Positions 32,392-45,169 of a DNA stretch of 64,000 bases are shown here, piece after piece. The translations under genes and the position numbers were made by a program. The number at the start of each line of letters is the position of its first letter. Within the stretch, counting starts at the first letter, position 1. Source of the DNA: Torpedo marmorata (lineage: Eukaryota); the NCBI GenBank assembly GCA_977017645.1, contig OZ360253.1:29698001-29762000 (forward strand), written 5' to 3'. The notes beneath the pieces were generated by a model. The model saw only the letters and a list, made by a program, of their open reading frames with translations. It had not been told where the DNA came from and ran no database searches.

Positions 32392-32766
32392 CAGTGGTTT
32401 TCAAACTGCCCCCCTAAACTCACATTCCACTTTAAGCAATCCCTATGCCATAAGTGCTCTGTGATTAGTAAGGGATTGCTGAAGGTGGTATGTGAGTGGG
32501 AAGGGAAGGTTGAGAACCACTGCTCTAGACCCAATTGTTACTGAAATATTTTGCATGAGAAAAATGGTCATTGGCCCATTTCCTTTGGAGTTATGAAACC
32601 GTGCACATAACGAGTCAATTGGGTACGATTAAAACAGCGGTTTTCAACCTTTTTCTTTCCACTCACATACCACCTTAAGCAATCCCTTACTAATCACAGA
32701 GCACTTATGGCATAGGGATTGCTAAAAGTGGAATGTGAGTTTAGGGGGGCAGTTTGAAAACCACTG
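32392..32766. mobile_element. Composite hAT/Charlie-like MITE inserted in a CR1 fragment (32369-33090)
   Basis: TIRs CAGTGGTTTTCAAAC / GTTTGAAAACCACTG; 8-bp TSD TTGTAGAT / GTGTAGAT (1 mismatch). Confidence 0.87.
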
Positions 32767-33879
32767 GTGTAGATAGTCAGAGGTTTTTTTCACAGGGCTG
32801 AAATGGTTGCCACAAGAGGACACTGGTTTAAGGTGCTGGGGAGTAGGTACAGAGGAGATGTCTGGGGTAAGTTTTTACGCAGAGAGTGGTGGGTGCGTGG
32901 AATGGGCTGCCGGCATCGGTGGTGGAGGCGGATACGTTAGGGTCCTTTAAGAGACTTTTGGATAGGTACATGGAGGTTAGAAAAATAGAGGGCTATGGGA
33001 AAGCCCAGTAATTTCTAAGTTAGGGACATGTTCGGCACAACTTTGCGGGCCACAGGGCCTGTATTGTGCTGTAAGTTTTCTATGTTCTAAATGTTGTGGG
33101 AGAATCTGCCCCCACCACCCAATTAGGCAGGGTGCTCCCGATTTCAACCATATTCTGGGTGAATGAATTGTTCCTCAAATCCCCTGTAAATTTTCTAACC
33201 CTTACTTTAGTCCTGCATCTTCGAGGTGGTGGGGGGGGGGGGGTAAAAAATCACTTTCTACTCTGTCTATCCCTTTCCTAGTTTCCCCCTCATTGCTCTC
33301 ACTCTAAAGGAAACCAACACAGCCTGACGCGTCTCTCCTCCGAGCTGAAGCGGTTCTCGACGAATGTCCGCGTCGCCCTCTGCCATGTGATGTTGGCGAC
33401 TAGAACTGCACAAAGCAAGCCAGCTGAAACCTAACTACTGCTCGGGCAACAAACAAGATGATGTGAGGACTTCCGTGGGTCATCCTTGGAGAAAAGCAGT
33501 CAGTCAACGTTTCAGGTCGGGACCTTAAATGGAAGCGTCGACTGACCTTGTCTCTCCACGGATGCTGCCTGACCTGCTGAGTTCCTCCAGCTTAAGATTT
33601 CTGCATCTGCTGCTCTCGCGTTTCCCTGAATGTGTGAATGTACCTTAACCTCCCCGCTTTTATATTCTACGTCGACTTCGGTGGTGCGCATTTTGCTGAT
33701 CAGTTCATGCCTAAACATTCCCCAAGTCTTGCTGGGTACGCAGAGGGTTGTTTACTGAGGAGCTGTGAATCGTGTTGAAGGCAAATCGTGCAATAACCTT
33801 GGACAACCTTCTTCACAACGTTAGTTATTCTCAGTCTTTCGCTCCTCATCTGTGGCTGGCAACACTCATGCTGGAGATA

Positions 33880-34373
33880 CCATATATGCCGGCATAGAAG
33901 ACGACTCTGTATAAGAAGACCCCCTGACTTTCCAACTAAAGTGTAGCTTTTGAGCTGTACTCTCTGTATAAGACGACCCCAAATCTGGCATTTACCACTG
34001 TCCCATGGAATGATGCTGCTAGGCACATTTAATATACTAATTCACAATATTTTAAAAGTAAATTACCAAGTAAAGTTTTCAATTTTATTAGCACGTTGTA
34101 AAATTAAACCACCATCGGCTCCTTTAACAGGCCTTTTAAAGCCTGTACAGAGCCGACAGCAGTCGGACTGGGCGGATGGACCCCGCGGGGGAGCACTGAG
34201 ACTTCGCTGTTAAGGTTCAGATTTTATACTTGGCATATAAGACGACGGCGGAGGACTGCGAGGCCTGGAATCGAAGCTGGAAACCACGAGGCACAAGATG
34301 ACGATAAGACGACACCTGGTTTTGGGGTGACATTTTTAAAGTTCAGAACCGTCTTATACACCGGCATATACGG
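33880..34373. mobile_element. Tc1/mariner (Tc2/pogo-like) MITE; second copy at 45613-46038
   Basis: TA-flanked TIRs CCATATATGCCGG / CCGGCATATACGG; TATAAGACGAC subterminal repeats; shared internal sequence between the two copies. Confidence 0.8.
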
Positions 34374-34442
34374 TAACCGCTGCCTGGCACTTTTGTGACA
34401 CCTATGTTACTTGCCACATGCCTGGCTGCTACGTCTTGCTGC

Positions 34443-35845
34443 ATAAGAACATGAGGAGCAAAATTAGGCCATCCAGCCCATAAAGCCTGCTCCACCATTC
34501 AATGAGATCATGGCTGATCTGATGAGAGGCTCATCTCCACCTACCTGCCGTTTCCCCATATCCCTTAAACATCTTTGTAAACATGTATCCAACCTTGTCT
34601 TAAATATATTTACTGAGGTCGCCTCCACTGCTTCAATGGGCAGCGAATTCCACAGATTCACCACCCTCTAGGAAAAGCAGTTCCTCCTCATCTCCGTCCT
34701 AAATCTACTACCCTGGATCTTGAGGCTATGTCCCCTAGTTCTAGTCTCCCCCACCAATGGGAACAACTTACCTACCTCTGTGTTATCTATGTCTTTCATA
34801 ATTTTATACGTTTCTATAAGATCCCCTCTTATTCTTCTAAATTCCAGCGAGTACAGTCCCAGACGACTCAATCTCTCCTCATAGGCCAACCCCCTCATCT
34901 ATGGAATCAACCTGGTGAACCTCCTCTGCACCGCCTCCAAAGCCAGTACATCCTTCCTCAAGTAAGGAGACCAGAACTGCATGCAGTACTCCAGGGGCAG
35001 TCTCCTCTACATCGGAGATACTGGACGCAGACTGGGAGATCGCTTTGTGGGGAAATCCTGGCTCTGTCTGCCACAATAGCGTGGATCTCCCAGTGGCCAC
35101 CTATTTCAATTCCCTATCCCATTCCCTTGCTAACATGTCAGTCCATGGGCTCATGCACTACCAGACTGAGACCACCCGCAAATTGGAGGAACAACACCTC
35201 ATCTTCTGACTGGGCACTCTCCAAGCGGATGGCATTAACATCGACTTCTCTGGCTTTCGTTAAGCCCCCCCACCTCACTTCTTCGCCTTCCCCAGCTCTG
35301 TCTCTCTCTCTCTCCCTTTTCCCTGTCTCCTTTCACACAGACATAATCAATTCTCACCTCTCCCCTTATCATATCCAATTACCTCCTTTTGTTGGTCTGG
35401 ACTCCTCCCCCAGCCAGCACTGCCTCTATTCTGAGATTTCCTGTTTTCTGCTCATTCTGCTTATTCTTTCCTTATTCCTTGAAGAAGGGCTCAGGCCCGA
35501 AACGTCGGCAATATATCCTTGTCTCCTATGGACGCTGAAAGACCGGCTGAGTTCCTCCAGCATTTCAGTGTGTTTTTACTACAATCACAGCATCTGCAGA
35601 CTTTCGTGTTTCACTCCAGATGCGGTCTCACTAGTACCTTGTACAGTTGCTGCATAACCTCCCTGCTCTTAAAATCAATCCCTCCAGCAATGAAGGCCAA
35701 CATTCCATTCACCTTCTTGACAGCCTGCTGCACCTGCAAACCAACCTTTTGCAATTCATGCACAAGCACTCCCAAGTCCTTCTGCACGGCTGCATGCTGC
35801 AATCGCTTGCCATTTGAATAATGTTCTGATCTTCCATTTTTCCTC
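34443..35845 (-). mobile_element. CR1 LINE fragment interrupted by a Penelope fragment (34995-35612, plus strand)
   Basis: CR1 motifs QKDLGVLVH, LYKVLVRPHLE and LEFRRIRGDLIETYKIM. The insert has YIGDTGRRLGDRF and a 7-bp TSD ACTCCAG at 34988-34994 and 35613-35619. Confidence 0.85.
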
Positions 35846-36329
35846 ACATTTGCTGATTTTACCAGGGCTATTTGATCCCACACTCAGTCAAATGTTGCCT
35901 TAATGTCAAGAGCTGTGACTCTCACCTCACTTCTGGAGTCCAGCTTTTTTGTTCACGCTTGGACAAAGGCTGGGGCAAGGTTTCTGGCAGGGTAGTCCTG
36001 ACGAAACCCAAACTGGGCATCAGTGAGCGGATCATTGGTGAGAAAGAAAAATCAGTGAACTGCAGAGGATGGAAATCTGAAATAAAAACAGAAATTGCTG
36101 GAAACACTCGGCAGGTCAGGCTGCAACTGTGGAGAGAGAAACCAAGTTAATGCTTCAGGTCGAAGACCCATCACCAGATCCATAGTACTGCCTAGTGGCA
36201 TTGATGATGGCGCTTTACTGATGATTGAGAGAAGACTGGTTGAATGGTAATTAGTCAGGTTGGATTTGTCTTGGTCTTTAGGAACACTGCAATCCTGTGT
36301 AATTGTATCCATTGTTGGACAGGTTATTT

Positions 36330-37213
36330 TCTGGCAGGAATGGCCAAGCTACATCCCCCGTGCCAACTGCAGCCCGTTGCCCATTTTTAAGTGGCACGTT
36401 AGAACATTGTCTCCAACAATAAATTGCACTGTGTGTACATTGCACTTCTTAGCTTCAACACTAGATATCGCTGCCATTTTGAACAACTACTACACTGACC
36501 TCTGAAATATTACTCATCGATGAAAACGTTTACCTCAGTTAAAAAAAAAAATGTTTACCTCAGTTAAATAAATACTTTTACCTCAGTTGATTAAACATGG
36601 CGGGACCGAAAAGATGGAAAATAGCAAGGGAGTGCCGAAAATTTCAGACACGGTGAGAAAATGAACACTTTTTCACAGAAGTCAAGGGAAAGTGTGTGTT
36701 TGATTTACAAGGAATCTGTTAACTTTAACAGCCTATCTACAGATTTACACAATGCATCATAATCATTAAGGTGGACACTTGGGCCATGAACTGTATTGAC
36801 TGAGAGTTGTGGAGGAATGTTGGAGACGGCCTTGTCCCTTTCTTGATCTTATCTCCTGTTCTTATTTTTCACCCAGCTTTTTATTTTGCACTGCTTTTTG
36901 AATGAGAGTTTTAAAGGGTTTCATTGTCTTCATTTAAATTAAATTTAAGAGCAGCAGATACAGAAATGCCTACTGTAATATGTGAGCACATCAATAAACT
37001 ACTGTAATGTCAACAGTTAAACTGTTCAGTAGTGTCGCATAGTTATTTTGATAGAAAATGAATTTTCGATGGCACTGGGGTTTTCTGGTCTAAAAACACC
37101 ATTTTTCTTGCAGTGTAACTGGTTGAAAACTGCTGGGCTTAATATTATTTGGCCCGTGACTCCTTGTATTTTTCTGTATGTGGCCCACAACCAAAAAAGG
37201 TTTGGCCACCCAT
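36330..37213 (+). mobile_element. hAT/Charlie (SPIN/GTF2IRD2-like) deletion derivative
   Basis: Decayed N-terminus MAGPKRWKIARECRKFQTR*ENEHFFTEVKGKCV from 36597, and right end GGCCC...AAAAAGGTTTGGCCACCCATG. Left boundary uncertain. Confidence 0.55.
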
Positions 37214-37904
37214 GCTATATTGTGACTGTACTGACGCAGCTAGTCTAGAACTCCAGCAGGTTTTGGAGCACTGTTCGACATCCGGGACAATGTCCTTTAC
37301 CGTCTCCAGTGCTTTAATCCACTTTTTTGAGATCACATGGAACAAATCAAACTGGCTGAAGACTGGATTCTGTGATAGTGAGGATCTGCGGAGAAAGCCA
37401 AAGTCGGGTCACCTTTTAGGCACTTCTGGCTGAACGTGGTTGTATGTGCTGGGTGACATTGGGTTGCTTGAATCATCGATCTATTGTCACCTTCCTTATG
37501 GCACAAAACTGATAGCAACTGATAGGCGGCACGGTTGGCGTAGTGGTTAGCGCAACATCTTTACAGCGCCAGCGATCGGGACCGGAGTTCGAATCCCGCG
37601 CTGTCTCTAAGGAGTTTGTACGTTCTCCCCGTGTCTGCGTGGGTTTTCCTCGGGGGCTCCGGTTTCCTCCCACCGTTTGAAACGTACCGGGGGTTGTAGG
37701 TTAATTGGGTGTAAATTGGGTGGCACGAACTCGTGGGCCGAATGGCCCATTACCGTGGTGTATGTCTAAATATTTTAAAAAAAATTTAAACTTTTGAATT
37801 AGAAAAGAGAGGCACTCCCTGTGGAAACTGCCACTGTGTTTAAACAAGTGAGTCAACTTTGTGCATTTTCTTCAGAATATACTTGTTTAATCGGTGTGTT
37901 GCTT

Positions 37905-38334
37905 ATTACTTGGAAATCTGATTTAGATTTAGGATTAGAAAGATGGCATGCAGAACTTCGTTCATGTATACCACTTGAAAAAATTACTTATAATTTACAT
38001 AATAAATATCATTTCTTTTTAAAAATATGGAGCCCATATATGAAAGTTGTTGGTTTAAGGATTCGAAGATCTCTAGATATCGGATCTGCTGGCATACTTG
38101 ACCTCCATAATAGAATTAGTTTATAGATTGACATTCCCCTTACTCTATCTTTTTCTTCTTCTTTTTCTATTTTTATTTTTTATATTTTTATTTTTATTAG
38201 ATTAGTGGGGTTGGGAGGGTTGGGGAGGGGAGGGAGGGAGGGGGGGTGAAATTGTATCACAAATAATTTGACAATTTTATATTCCATTTTATGTATTTTG
38301 TGATTTAAAAATTTAAATAAAATATTTTTAAAAA
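37905..38334 (+). mobile_element. Short 5'-truncated L1 (family A) with TSD
   Basis: ITWKSDLDLGLERWHAELRSCIPLEKITY; TSD AATC(G/A)GTGTGTTGCTT at 37889-37904 and 38335-38350. Confidence 0.9.
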
Positions 38335-39929
38335 AATCAGTGTGTTGCTTTCAAACTTGTGCACTGCAATTAAAAAGATAACCACAATAAATCAAAGCCA
38401 TTTACAAACGATATTTCACATCTATAAAATACCCTAAACACCTATATGATGTTGCATAATGCCTGAGTGAGTTTTTAATTGTATATTATGCAACAGTTCA
38501 GCAAATTACCTTCCAGAAATAAAAAGTTTTATATTTGTAGAATTACATTAAAAAAATTCAAAACATAATAGACATTAAAATTAAATGATATATTAGTTTC
38601 TATATTAATCATGACATTTAAAAGGTGCGCTACAAATTATGACATTGTCTCCCTGGTCTGCAAAAAATGCTTTACTGCAATAGACTGTTCAGCCAGTTAA
38701 TGCTATTGCAGCTGGTGGGTACCAGTGGTACTATTGAAGTGATGTCTGGTAGCCTGGGGTTACCAGATTTTATTGCCTGATTTCCCCAAGATATAGGCAA
38801 GTGCATTGCCGACTGCAAAATCAGGGCCAGAATGATGTGCACACCAGTTTGCCCACACTCTGGGCTTATTGGGTTGTGGGTAAAAACCTTTATATTGTGC
38901 ATTTCTTGTTCAAACATTTGCAGGAACATCTTCAAAGTGAACGAAAAATATGAGAGGAGGACAATATCCTAGCGACGAATCACTCTGCAGCAATGATAAC
39001 CTATCGTTGGGAATGTTTTAAGGCTTCACATCACAAAAGAGAAATGGCAGAGTGGAACACGACCAAATTGCAACACTAGTCTCAACACTGATGTTTTTAA
39101 AAAATTTGTTTACCTGCTTTTATTGCTGTAAGAGTTGACTTGTATGGACAGCAAACAAAGCTTTTTACTGCGTGTGACAATAAAACCATTTCTTTTGTTT
39201 TGCTCAGATTTGCTCTTCATGAGATAAGTTGGCTCACTTATATTCACAATGTGAACAGTTCCATGGATGTCTTTTAAATAGCACACTTCAAAAAATCTAC
39301 AAGTTGGTCGCTACCTTGGGACCCATGTTGTAGCGGCAGCTTATGCAAGCACCAACCTACTTTTGTTTCACTAGAAGAAGAAGTTATTTGAGGGAACAAA
39401 GGCGAACAAGCTCGTGGTTTGCATTTGATAGACGTTGAGTTTCAGTGCGATGATGAACATTGAAGACTGCTTGTGAAGGCTATTAGGCAACAGTTATTAA
39501 TTATCTTTTACCAAGGTGCTTTCTTATTGTTTCATGTTTTATTTTTCTGTCCTAAACTTCCTTCTTCCTGATAGTCGATTTACTCAGCCAGAAGTGATGG
39601 CACATGTTACCATAAAATAGTTTAACAGCATGCTCTATGCACTTGAAAAATTTTATGGTACCGTAATTATTTTGATTAATGATGCATGCAGGTTAAAGTA
39701 TTTACATTTATCAAGGACTGGCGTGTGCATTCGAACTCTTCAAAAAAGCTTATTATAGAAATAAAACTATTTCCTTCTTTGCTCAAACTGGCTTTAGTCC
39801 CCTGTGTGTAAAAATAGACAATAACTAGAGGAGAATTCCGTAAAAGTTCCAAAGAGAAAAGAGACTTCCATTTCTACTGCATGGTGTGCATGCCAGAGAG
39901 TTTCACAGCCAACACAAGGCACTTTATCA

Positions 39930-40230
39930 CTATTATTATGCAGGAAATGAGTGATTAATTTGTAAATAGAAAGATCTCACAAATAGAAATGGGATAATGT
40001 CTTGGCTTTCTGTTTCAGTTATCTTAATTGAGGGATAAATACTGGCTGGAACCCAGGAAGAATGTCTCTGCAACTGTTTGAAGCAAACTACATTACACCT
40101 TGTTTTAACACCTCAGTTGAGAGAGAGAGAGAGAGAGGTCATCTCTGACAACGCAGCACTCCGTCTGCACTGCACGGGAGCAGAGGACTAGATTTTTGTG
40201 CTGAAGCCTTTGGAGTGGGGCTTGAACTAG
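39930..40230 (-). mobile_element. Old DeuSINE (SacSINE1/AmnSINE1-like) remnant; related pieces at about 42450-42520 and 47500-47800
   Basis: CTCTGACAACGCAGCACTCC..TGCACTGCAC..CTAGATTTTTGTGCT..TGGAGTGGGGCTTGAAC resembles the reverse-complemented DeuSINE 5' region. Confidence 0.5.
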
Positions 40231-41199
40231 AGGTCTGATTGGGTATGGTTGAAACCCAAAATGCGGCAGATGTAAGAGACTCTTAGTCAGGCACATGGAG
40301 GAAGGAAAAATAGAGGATTACGTGGTACGGTGGGTTCAGTACTTTTCTTTTTAGGGATATATGGGTCGGCACAATATCGAGGGCCGAAGGGCCTGTACTG
40401 TGCTGTAGTGTTCTATGTAGTTGGTGTTTGATGTCCAGCCTCACAGACCAGATGTTTCATACCTATTGCACCTCTGTTGCTTGCAGGAGTGCTGCAAAAG
40501 GCAGAAATCAGAAAAGACCAAGATTCTGCAAATCCGCAATGTCAAACAGATAATGCTGAAAATGCACGGTCAGGTTATTCAGCATCTGGGTCACAGCTGC
40601 ATCACGGTCTGGTAAGGGCACACCAATACCCCTGAGTGTAAAGCCCTGCAAAAGGTAGTGGCCACAGCCCAGGACATCACGGGCAAAACCCTCCCCACCA
40701 TCGAGAACATCTACGGGGAACGCTGCCGTCGGAGAGCAGCAGCAATCATCAATGATCCACACCACCCAGCACACGCTCTGTTCTCGCTGCTACCATCAGG
40801 AAAGAGGTATAGGTGACACAAGACTCGCACCACCAGGTTCAGGAACAGCTGCTACCCCTCCACCATCAGACTCCTCAACATCAAACTCAATCAGGGACTC
40901 AATTAAGGACTCTTACTTTTGCACGTTAGTGTATTTTCCCTCTCTGTATTGCACAGTCAGTTTGTTTACATTTCTTTATTTGTTTACATGTGTACGTTGT
41001 GTACAGTTTTTTTTTTGCACTACCAATAAGTGGTAATTCTGCCTAGTCTGCAGGAAAAAGAATCTCAGGGTTGTATGTGATGTCAATAAATCTGAAATGT
41101 GGGTGGAGGGAGAGACCAGGAGACATTTCTGGGGTGGATGAAAGGAATCTCCAGGACTGAGAACATACAGGTGGGGGAACACAATCAGCAGAAGAAGTA

Positions 41200-41920
41200 T
41201 AGAACATAGAAATCTACAGCCCAGTACAGGCCCTTCGGCCCACAGTGCTGTGCCGACCTAATAACCTATTTTAACAACTGCCTAGAATTTCCCTACTACA
41301 TAACCCTCAATTTTTCTCAGTTCCATGTACCTATCTAACAGTCTCTTAAAAGATCCTACTGTACCTGCCTCCATCACCATTGATGGCAGCATATTCCATG
41401 TACCCACCACTCTGTGTGAAGAACTTGCCTCTTACATTCCCCCCGTACTTACTCTCAAGCACCTTAAAACTATGTCCCCTCATGTCAGCCATTTCAGCCC
41501 TGTGGAAAAGGCCTTTCATCCACACGATCAATGCCTCTCATCATCTTGTGCACCTCTATCAGGTCACCCCATCATCCTCCATCGCTCCAAGGAGAAAAGA
41601 CCAAGTTCACCCAACCTATCGTCATGAGGCATGCTCTCCAATCCAGGCAGCGTCCTTGTGAATCTCCTCTGCACCCTCTCTATAGCATCCACATCCTTCC
41701 TGTGGTGAGGTGACCAGATCTAACCAAGGTCTTATATACTGTACCTGCAACATTACCTCACAGCTCTTGAACTCGATCCTACGGTTAATGAAGGCCAACA
41801 CACCATACTGCTTATTAACAACACTATCAACCTGTGCAGCAGCTTTGAGGGTCCTGTGGACGCGAACTCCACAATCTCTCAGTTCCTCCATACTGCTCAG
41901 TATAGTGGGTGAAATTCTTT
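41200..41920 (-). mobile_element. CR1 LINE 3' fragment
   Basis: Reverse complement of GVLAFINRRIEFKS...RGHSFKV, ending in an (ATAGAAC)n tail. Confidence 0.82.
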
Positions 41921-41944
41921 GACACCAGCAACTGAACTCTGCCT

Positions 41945-41946
<2 letters not shown>

Positions 41947-42009
<63 letters not shown>
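41947..42009. repeat. (GT)n microsatellite
   Basis: About 31 perfect GT units. Confidence 0.98.
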
Positions 42010-42012
<3 letters not shown>

Positions 42013-43165
42013 TATATCTGAGTGTGTCTGTATCCGCTTGTGTTCATGTGCGTGTGTATATTTGAGTGATTGCTTGCAACTGTGCATGGATGTGTGTGTG
42101 TAGATGTGAGGGGAAAAAACCAACTTGTATCTCTGTCGCAGAACAATCTATAGCCCTTGAGCCAATGAATGCACTCACACTGTAGGGAAAGATGCTGCCA
42201 ATTTGTACACGATAACCACTCACTAACGCTGACATGATCGAAGTATCCGCTTCAGCAATGGTTGCGGGTAGGCATTGCTCAGGGGAATAAAAACAAGCTG
42301 TTGGAAAAGCTCAGCAGGCCACGCAGCATCTGTGGAGGCAAAGTGATAGTCGATGTTTTGTGTTGAGACCCTGCATCAGGAATGGTCAGGGCACCTTTTT
42401 TGTTCTTCCAATGTACCCTCAGATCTCTGAGAGAACAGTTTAGCTTCACAAAAAAATGACAGTGCCACAGAACGGGGCTCAAGCCTCTGGAGTGAACCTG
42501 AAACCATAGATTTTGCCTGAGGGTCACCCATGGATTCACATTTCTTCCATTGTGTCAGATATTAGTAAAAGAAAGTAAAGGCATAGAACCATAGAACACT
42601 ACAGCACAGAAACAGATCCTTCGGCCCTTCTAGTCTGTGCCGAACCATTTTTATGCCTAGTCCCACTGACCTGCACCCAGTCCATATCCCTCCATACCCC
42701 TCCCATACATGTACCTGTCCAAATTCTTCTTAAATGTTAAAATTGAGCCCGTATTCATCACTTCAGCTGGCAGCTCATTCCACACTCCCACCACTCTCTG
42801 TGTGAAGATCCCCTGAATGTTCCCCTTTCACCCTTAACCCACGTCCTCTGGTTTGTATCTCACCTACCTATATTTACTCATAATTTTAAATACCTCTATC
42901 AAATCTCCCCTCATTCTTCTACGCTCCAGGGAATAAAGTCCTAACCTGTTTAACCTTTCCCTGTAACTCGGTTCCTGAAGTCCGGGCAACATCCTAGTAA
43001 ATCTCTGCACTCTTTCCAGTGGCATATCTAGATAAAATAGCACCTATGGCAAGCACTGAAATTGCGCCCCCCCCCGTTAAAAAATCGCACATAAAGTTGA
43101 CAGTTGGGCGGTTTTCACGCACAATTGGGCTAGTTTTGAAGATCGGCCGTGTGTGTATTGGGCAC

Positions 43166-43409
43166 TGTGGTGGAACGTGGTACTGCGCGTATGTCCAGGC
43201 ATGTCCGGACATGTCCTCAATGGCTCACCGGGCTAACCTGTAGCCCCTCCCCATTACATCCCCTAATAAAGGCTGAGAGCCCTAATCTCCTCCCCTATAC
43301 CTGCCTTGGAAGTGAGCCAGCAGCATGTATAGGCATGCTCGAACTTTCTGATCAATAAAGCCTTTGATCACTTTCTTCGTGTCTGTGAGTGGTCATTGAT
43401 CGCGCTACA
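43166..43409 (+). mobile_element. Solo LTR (244 bp) nested in the hAT element
   Basis: TGTGG...CTACA termini, internal AATAAA and a 5-bp TSD GGCAC on both sides. Confidence 0.85.
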
Positions 43410-44253
43410 GGCACTTTCTTGGAGGTCATGAATTCCCGTTCCCTAAATCAGCACCGTTCCTCACAGCCGGGTTCATTGTAACGGGGTTAGAAGTGGGACA
43501 GGCGAAAGGTTTTTAATGGGGAGAAGCAGTCTCTCTCGCTCTCTCCCTCCCAACCCCCTCCTCTGTTTAAAGCGTCTGCGCCTGCCATGCGTTTAGACTC
43601 GTTTGCTTTGTTCGAGAAACCAGCATGTTGAATATGCAGTATATTGACGTGCAGCCACTCCAGAGCCGGGCACAGGAGCGCGCTGTCTGGAGAACTGCAA
43701 ACGCATTGCTGTTAACTGCCGTCGCACCGGCGGTGACTGAATGCCGCCCCTCCTGCACCCAAGGCCGGGCCGAACCGGCCTGACTGCGGAGACGAGAAGG
43801 GCAGCTTGTACCTGAACTTCCTTTCTCATCCTGGAATAACTCGGCCCGGCTTCAGTGGGGAACAGAACATGCACATGGGGGGTTGGGGTGAACTCTTGAA
43901 TCCTCTCTGCTGCAATTCCCTGCTTACTTAATGAAAATTCCGACTCTCCCTTTGTTTTGCAAGAGTCCGCTGCAGGCCACGGATAACACAAGGGGTCTCC
44001 CGGTGAAGATAAACATTGAGCAAGTCAGGCGCAGGTTTTTTATTTCCCCGCTCCACGCACATAATCTCTCCCCTTGCACTTTGCGGGATTCAAACATAAA
44101 CGTTGCTGCCACTTCAGGGCGAAATAAAGTCTTACCTGCGATTGTTCAGAGGGTCGCCAGCGCCCCTTCTGAGGTCTGGTTCACCTAATGGTAGCGCTTG
44201 CCCTGGGTGCAGTGCTGCCGGAGCTCACCGGAGCGCCGCTCCGGCACCTCACT

Positions 44254-44460
44254 GGGCCGCTCCGGCACCTCGCTCAATGCGGGATCAATGGGCAAAATGG
44301 CCGTCTTCCTTACCCATAATCCCCCACGCAGCTGGAACCGCTCTGCATTTCCCTAGCGCTGGCACTGGCAGAGCAGTTCCAGCTGCGTGGGAGATTATAG
44401 GTAAGGAAGACGGCCATTTTGCCCATTGATCCCGCATTGAGCGAGGTGCCGGAGCGGCCC
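44254..44460. repeat. Inverted repeat with 93-bp arms and a 21-nt spacer
   Basis: 44254-44346 is the reverse complement of 44368-44460 with 3 mismatches. Confidence 0.95.
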
Positions 44461-45169
44461 TGAAGCGGCCCGATGAGATGCCGGCCCGGTGAGGTGCCGC
44501 AGCGGCGATCCTTTGATGAAGGGCTCAAGCCCGAAACATCGGTTATGTATCTTTACCGTTGCTACATAAAGGACACTGTTTGACCTGCTGAGCTTCTCCA
44601 GCATTTTGTGTTTTTACGCTCAAGTGAGCCCCAGCAACACTGCACCCCTGGGATGGAGATTCATTGTTGGGCGAGGCACTCGGAGATTGAGCGGGCGAGG
44701 CGAGGACAGTGACGCCCCCTGCAAGTGGTGCCCAGGGCATGTGCCCTAGCTGCCATATCTTAGATACGCCTATGACTCTTTCTATCTTATTGATATCTTT
44801 CCTGTAGTTAGGTGACCAAAACTGCACACAATACTCCAAATTTGGCCTCACCAATGTCTTATAAAACTTTACATAACATCCCAACTCCTATACTCAATAC
44901 TTTGATTAATGAAGGCCAATGTGCATGAAAATTAAAAGTACAAAACACATGTAAAAATTTCACAACTTGCTCCAGGATTTCACAACATTTTCAGTGGTTC
45001 GAAAACAATTCAAAATCGATCAGCTGATCTACGGAAATCTGACATTTTAACAGAGTTGGAACCTGAATAGAGTGGACGCCAAAGATTCAGCTAAAGTACA
45101 TCTTTGCCGTCAGTTGTTTTAATTAATATTAAAAGTCGAAGTGGGAAACAGCTGAGCGTCAGAACTTAC

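Larger units (their letters stand above)
43017..44774. mobile_element. hAT (Tip100-like) non-autonomous element, about 1.76 kb
   Basis: Imperfect TIRs CAGTGGCATATCTAG / TAGATACGCCTATG; perfect 8-bp TSD ACTCTTTC at 43009-43016 and 44775-44782. Confidence 0.82.
42584..44925 (-). mobile_element. CR1 LINE fragment split by a hAT insertion
   Basis: CR1 sequence at 42584-43016 continues at 44775-44925 ([30 protein letters not shown]). Confidence 0.85.

Noticed and set aside
34728-35657. 309-aa plus-strand ORF
   Set aside because: Chance read-through across antisense CR1 and an off-frame Penelope fragment.
41622-42146. His/Thr-repeat ORFs
   Set aside because: Translation of the (GT)n microsatellite joined to a CR1 fragment.
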